NCBI GenBank assembly: GCA_041659985.1
Contig: JBAZXE010000001.1
Coordinates: forward strand, 703-64,702
DNA: 64,000 nucleotides
Direction: 5' to 3'
Source: Thermoplasmatota archaeon
GTDB lineage: Archaea > Thermoplasmatota > E2 > JACPAO01 > JAHFTW01
The translations under genes and the position numbers were made by a program. Every line of letters begins with the position of its first letter. Position 1 is the first letter of the stretch. Below the pieces are notes generated by a model that searched no databases, was not told where the DNA came from, and saw only the letters and a list, made by a program, of their open reading frames with translations. This document shows positions 59,533-64,000 of this stretch, in pieces.

Positions 59533-60618
59533 CTAGCGATCGACGCCGTGGCCGTGCGTGGGTCGGCGGTCGCCCTGCGGCACGAGGATGTCGTACTGCT
59601 CGTAGGCGATGCCCATCGTGTAGGTGAGGCCGCCGCCGGCTCCGATGTCTTCCTGCAGCCAGTCGCCGCCGGGCGACGAGACCTCGAAAATGCGCATCGT
59701 GCTGCCGGAGGCGCCAACGTGTTCGGTGACGTACTGCTCTCCCGCCGGCGTCGTCGATGTCACGCGGAACACGCCGGGAGTAATGGCGTAGACGAAGTGC
59801 ATCACCGTGATGCGGTTGAAGTGGTCCTCGACGGTCACGGTGCGCGTCGGGCCCGGGTGGTCCGGATCGGGTCCGAAGGCCGCGTAGTCGATGGCGGTGT
59901 GCATCCCGTCGGGGACGCTGACCCAGCCGCGGAACTCGAAGCCGTGCTCGACGACCTCCCAGCTGACCTCGCCGCCGGATTCCATGCGGATGGCCTCGTG
60001 CGTGCGGGCGTCGTACGTGAGCTTCATCGGAGGCAACCCCCCCATGAGCCCGAACGCGAGGCTCGTCGGATTCGTGGGGTCGGTGGTGGACTCCGGCGCT
60101 GAGTAGGACACAACGGCCGTCTGTTCATCGGCGGATTCCACCGTGGCCACCAGGGGTTGCGTGGCGAACGTGGTCTCCCAGGAATCGCCGGCGACCAGGG
60201 GGAACTTGAACGGCACGAAGACCTCGTTGTGCGTCGCGTAGGACAGGTCAAGGCCGACGTTGCCGAAGGCAGGCGCGTGGTTGGAAATGGCTTCCTTCAC
60301 CCAGCCGTCGTGCGGCATGCCGAAGATGTAGCCCTCGGCCGTTGCGTTGGCGACGACGCGCAGTAGGTCCACCGGGCCCTCGGCCGAGGCAACCTTGATG
60401 CGCCACCATTCGCCTTCGATGAGCCGCGGCGGCGCGCCCGTCGTCGCGTTGAGGTCCGGCCCCACGGCAGGGCCCGTGGCAATGAGCGTCGTGGGAACAT
60501 CGAAAGCGGGCACGGGCTCTTCGACGGCCGCCGGCTCGCTGCAGCCGGCCAAGAGGCTGGTGGCGATGAGGAGGATCAGCCCGGGCCTGGAGAGGCCGGA
60601 GAGGGCGGCGAGTGGCAT
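59533..60618 (-). CDS. Hypothetical lipoprotein
   Basis: LLAGC lipobox. Confidence 0.72.
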   Translation of the reverse strand: MPLAALSGLSRPGLILLIATSLLAGCSEPAAVEEPVPAFDVPTTLIATGPAVGPDLNATTGAPPRLIEGEWWRIKVASAEGPVDLLRVVANATAEGYIFGMPHDGWVKEAISNHAPAFGNVGLDLSYATHNEVFVPFKFPLVAGDSWETTFATQPLVATVESADEQTAVVSYSAPESTTDPTNPTSLAFGLMGGLPPMKLTYDARTHEAIRMESGGEVSWEVVEHGFEFRGWVSVPDGMHTAIDYAAFGPDPDHPGPTRTVTVEDHFNRITVMHFVYAITPGVFRVTSTTPAGEQYVTEHVGASGSTMRIFEVSSPGGDWLQEDIGAGGGLTYTMGIAYEQYDILVPQGDRRPTHGHGVDR

Positions 60619-60686
60619 GCCGGGCCCGTCATGCTTCGGGGCAATAGACCTTGCCACGCTGTCCGGTTCGGCTACCGACCGCCTGC

Positions 60687-62066
60687 CTAGGGAGCGAGTT
60701 CGCCCAGCATCCTCGCGCACGCCTCGCGGCCCTTGTAGAACGACGACAGGCGGAACGATTCCTCCGGCGCGTGCATGTTCTCGTCGCGGTGGCCGAAGCC
60801 GCACAGGATGGGCTCGACGCCGAGGCGCTTCTGCATGTCGGCGACGGCGGGAATGGAACCGCCCTCCGGGATGAGGACTGGTTTCTTCTGCCACGTTGCT
60901 TCAAGGGCGCGTTCGACCGCCTTGACGAGCGGGTGGTCGGGGTCGGCGCGCACGCCCGCTCCCGTCGAGAGCACCGTGACCTTGACCTTCGTACCGGGCT
61001 TGCACAACGACTTGATGTGCCGTTCCACGAGGCGGGCAATTTTCTTCGGGTCCTGGTTGGCGACGAGGCGGCAGGACACCTTGGCGTGGGCGTGCGCTGG
61101 GATGACGGTCTTGGCGCCTTCGCCAGTGTAGCCACCATAGATGCCGTTGATCTCCAATGTCGGGCGCACGCCGATGCGTTCGTACGACGTCCAGCCCTTC
61201 TCGCCCCACAACGCCGACACGCCGGTCTGTTTCTTGAGGCTGGATTCGGATTCGGCGACCTTGGCTAGCCTTGCGCGTTCAGCCTTGCCGACGTTGACGA
61301 CGTCGTCGTAGAAGCCAGGGATGAGCACCCGGCCGGTTTTCGGGTCCTTGAGGCTGGCCAGCATGTGCACGAGCGCCTCATTGGGATTCCACAGAATTCC
61401 GCCGAAGGTTCCGGAGTGCAGGTCCTTCATCGGCCCCTGGACGTCGATTTGAAAGTAGTCGAGGCCGCGCAGCGTGTGCGTCAAGGCAGGTTGGCCTTCG
61501 CCGTGCATGGGGGAGTCGGAAACGATGAGCAAGTCGGCCTGCAATTCCTTGCCCGCCTTGTCGATGACCTCGGAGAAATGCAGCGAGCCCATCTCTTCTT
61601 CGCCCTCGAAGACGACCTTCAGGTTCACCGGGAGTTTCCCCGTCGTCTTGAGCCACGCCTCAGCGGCGAAAACGTGACACATCAACTGCCCCTTGTCGTC
61701 GGTGGTGCCGCGGCCCCACACGCGCCCATCGGCGACGCGCGCCTCGAAAGGTTCGTACTGCCAGCCATCGGATTTCTTTGCGGGCTGCACGTCATAGTGG
61801 CCGTACACCAAAAGAGTCGGCGGCTTCGGTCCGGCGTGGAGCCAATCGGCGACGATAGCCGGAAGGCCCGACGTCTGCACCAGGCGCACGTTCTCCATCC
61901 CCGCTTTGCGGAGGCGAGCCATCAGCCAATCGGCGGCGCGCTGTACATCCTTTGCATACGCCGGATCCGCCGACACGGACGGGATGCGGACAAGCTCCTG
62001 CAGTTCTGCCAGGTGCGCTTCCTTGTTTTTCTCAAGGTGAGCAAGGACCTTGGCCGGCGTTTCCAT
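60687..62066 (-). CDS. M20-family dipeptidase
   Basis: YGHYDVQP, GRGTTDDKG, EGEEE, DLHSG, HAPEE. Confidence 0.93.
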   Translation of the reverse strand: METPAKVLAHLEKNKEAHLAELQELVRIPSVSADPAYAKDVQRAADWLMARLRKAGMENVRLVQTSGLPAIVADWLHAGPKPPTLLVYGHYDVQPAKKSDGWQYEPFEARVADGRVWGRGTTDDKGQLMCHVFAAEAWLKTTGKLPVNLKVVFEGEEEMGSLHFSEVIDKAGKELQADLLIVSDSPMHGEGQPALTHTLRGLDYFQIDVQGPMKDLHSGTFGGILWNPNEALVHMLASLKDPKTGRVLIPGFYDDVVNVGKAERARLAKVAESESSLKKQTGVSALWGEKGWTSYERIGVRPTLEINGIYGGYTGEGAKTVIPAHAHAKVSCRLVANQDPKKIARLVERHIKSLCKPGTKVKVTVLSTGAGVRADPDHPLVKAVERALEATWQKKPVLIPEGGSIPAVADMQKRLGVEPILCGFGHRDENMHAPEESFRLSSFYKGREACARMLGELAP

Positions 62067-62167
62067 GACTGACGCGACCGGGCGGAGGTCGTTAAGCCTG
62101 ACGAGCGCAAATTCCCGGATTCGCTCCACTTCCTGCAAACCTGGATTCCGCAGATTGTGATTCACCG

Positions 62168-62545
62168 TCAGCGCTTCTTCTTGGCAGAGGCCATCAGTTT
62201 GTTTTCCGCGATGCGCGCCTTGACGAGTTTCTTGACCAACGCTGCCGGCAACGGTTTGTCGGGCGTGAACCGGATGGTGGAGACAGCCGTGTCGTACTTG
62301 GCGAGCTCCGTGGCGTGGGCCTTCATGACCCGCGGGCTCTGCACGTAGAACGAGCAGTGCTCCTTGCCGGCACCGAACGAGACGAGGTTCTTGCCGTCGA
62401 GCCGCAGCATGGGAACACCATAGTTGACGAGCTCCGTGGCGCCGGGGGCCGCAGCATGCAACTGCTTGCGAAGGGCTTCGAGTGCCTCGCGTTGTTCGAC
62501 TGGAACGGCGGCAAGGAACGCCTCGACGGTCTTGGCGGGCATCAT
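62168..62545 (-). CDS. DUF1801 (YdhG-like) protein
   Basis: NYGVP, HCSFY, TIRF..DKPLP..LVKKLVKAR. Confidence 0.85.
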   Translation of the reverse strand: MMPAKTVEAFLAAVPVEQREALEALRKQLHAAAPGATELVNYGVPMLRLDGKNLVSFGAGKEHCSFYVQSPRVMKAHATELAKYDTAVSTIRFTPDKPLPAALVKKLVKARIAENKLMASAKKKR

Positions 62546-62658
62546 CCTGGCAGCGGTCGCTCGGCGTTAAGCCTGATGCGCTCTCAATCGACGCCAAACG
62601 CCAGTCGTTTCGGTAACCTGGGGCATCCTTCATTTGTCTGCGCTGGCTCGGCGGCGGC

Positions 62659-63660
62659 GTGAGCGAAACAGCCATCGTGGCGCGGGGACTGACCAAGAAC
62701 TTCGGCAAGGTGGAGGCCCTGCGTGGTCTCGACCTCGATGTCCAGCGCGGCCGCATCCTCGTTATCCTCGGCCCCAACGGTGCCGGCAAGACGACTCTCG
62801 TTCGGATCCTCGCCACGCTGCTGCGCCCCGATGGCGGGCGCGCCACGGTCGCCGGGTTCGACGTCGTCAAGGACGCCGTGGCTCTGCGCGCCGAAATTGG
62901 CCTCGCCGGCCAGTATGCGGCTGTGGATGAGCATCTGACCGGTCGCGAAAACTTGCAGCTCGTGGCGCGGCTCTACCACCTCAAGCGCAAGAACGCCAAG
63001 ACCCGCGCCGCAGAATTGCTGGCCGACGTCGGTCTCACGGAGGACGCCGACCGCGTCGTCAAGGGCTACTCCGGCGGCATGCGACGGCGCCTCGACCTCG
63101 CGGCAGCCCTCATCGGCGACCCGCAGGTGCTCTTCCTCGACGAACCGACCACCGGCCTCGATCCGCCGAGCCGGCTGGCCATCTGGAGCAAGATCGCCGT
63201 CCTTCGCGAGGCGGGCAAGACAATCGTCCTCACCACGCAGTACCTCGAGGAGGCCGACCGCCTGGCCGACCGCGTCGTCGTCGTGGACCACGGCAGGATC
63301 ATCGCGGAGGGAACCGTGTCCGAGCTGAAGACCCAAGTCGGCGGCGACGTCGTGGAGATCACGCTGGAGGACGCCGCGCACGTCAAAGGCGTCGCCGCGG
63401 CCCTCAAGTCGCGCAAGCCCAAGGTCGACGTTGAACGCCGGCGCATCCAGGTGCCCGCGCCGAAGGGCGCCCAATCGCTGGCCGAAGTTCTGGGCAAGAT
63501 TCCCGTCGCGGCCCGCGCCAAGGCTGAAGTCGCCCTGCGGCGGCCCACGCTGGACGACGTGTTCCTGGTGCTCACCGGCCATGTCGCCGAGGAAGCGAAG
63601 CCCGGCAACGGCCAGGACGCGGCTGCGGCCAAAGGGGCACGCAAGGGAGGTGCAGCATGA
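62659..63660 (+). CDS. DrrA-family ABC exporter ATPase
   Basis: GPNGAGKTT, YSGGMRRRLD, LTTQYLEEAD. Confidence 0.93.
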   Translation: MSETAIVARGLTKNFGKVEALRGLDLDVQRGRILVILGPNGAGKTTLVRILATLLRPDGGRATVAGFDVVKDAVALRAEIGLAGQYAAVDEHLTGRENLQLVARLYHLKRKNAKTRAAELLADVGLTEDADRVVKGYSGGMRRRLDLAAALIGDPQVLFLDEPTTGLDPPSRLAIWSKIAVLREAGKTIVLTTQYLEEADRLADRVVVVDHGRIIAEGTVSELKTQVGGDVVEITLEDAAHVKGVAAALKSRKPKVDVERRRIQVPAPKGAQSLAEVLGKIPVAARAKAEVALRRPTLDDVFLVLTGHVAEEAKPGNGQDAAAAKGARKGGAA

Positions 63661-64000
63661 CCGTCGCGACGCGCTGGCAGCGCTTCGGCTGGTCCTTCTC
63701 CGACACGTGGCTGGTCACGTGGCGCAACCTGATGTTCTTCGCGCGCAACCCGTACTGGATTATGATTGCCGTCATCCAGCCCATCATGTTCACGCTGCTG
63801 TTCGTCTTCGTCTTCGGCGGCGCCATTGCCCTTCCGGGGGACCTGTCGTACGCCGACTACGCCATCCCGGGCATCATCATCCAAACCGTGGTGTTCAGCT
63901 CACTGGGCTCCGGCATCAACATCGCCGACGACATGCAGAAAGGCGTCATGGACCGCTACCGCAGCCTGCCCATCGGTCGCGGCGTCGTCTTGACCGCCCG
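63657..64000 (+). CDS. ABC-2 (DrrB-like) permease, truncated by the window edge
   Basis: QPIMFTLLFVFVFGG, PGIIIQ, DRYRSLP; ATGA overlap. Confidence 0.88.
   Translation, partial: MTVATRWQRFGWSFSDTWLVTWRNLMFFARNPYWIMIAVIQPIMFTLLFVFVFGGAIALPGDLSYADYAIPGIIIQTVVFSSLGSGINIADDMQKGVMDRYRSLPIGRGVVLTA

Overview
This is a GC-rich archaeal core-genome window, probably Thermoplasmatota (an inference from gene content, not tested). It has no prophage, CRISPR array, rRNA or intact transposase. It holds the conserved rnp4-yhbY-rps19e-PDCD5-rpl39e-rpl31e-eIF6-rpl18a-pfdA-(tRNA-Gly)-ftsY cluster, rpl10e, tRNA-Val and tRNA-Asp. There are two phosphate loci (DUF47-PiT-AbrB/PhoU and pstSCAB-phoU), the oapABC/arvABC small-GTPase trio, purA, a NikR/ZIP/ArsR metal module, pdxS and pdxT, a herA-mre11-rad50-tldD-tldE run, and many surface or membrane proteins. 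The most unusual signals lie below the ORF-track threshold. (1) Two tandem 21-aa mini-ORFs, joined by TGATG overlaps, link pstB to phoU. (2) A 26-aa Lys-rich gene has its own SD and T-tract. (3) Two families of dispersed palindromic mini-elements occur, one inserted in frame in herA and the other supplying the N-terminus of mre11. (4) A CTATTG(AG)/CAATAG motif is shared by the phosphate-transport promoters. (5) The ArvA GTPase has Val in place of the G3 Asp. (6) A low-GC gene carries an Rx4H (HEPN-like) motif. Start codons were chosen by eye, and all product calls come from motif recognition, not database searches.
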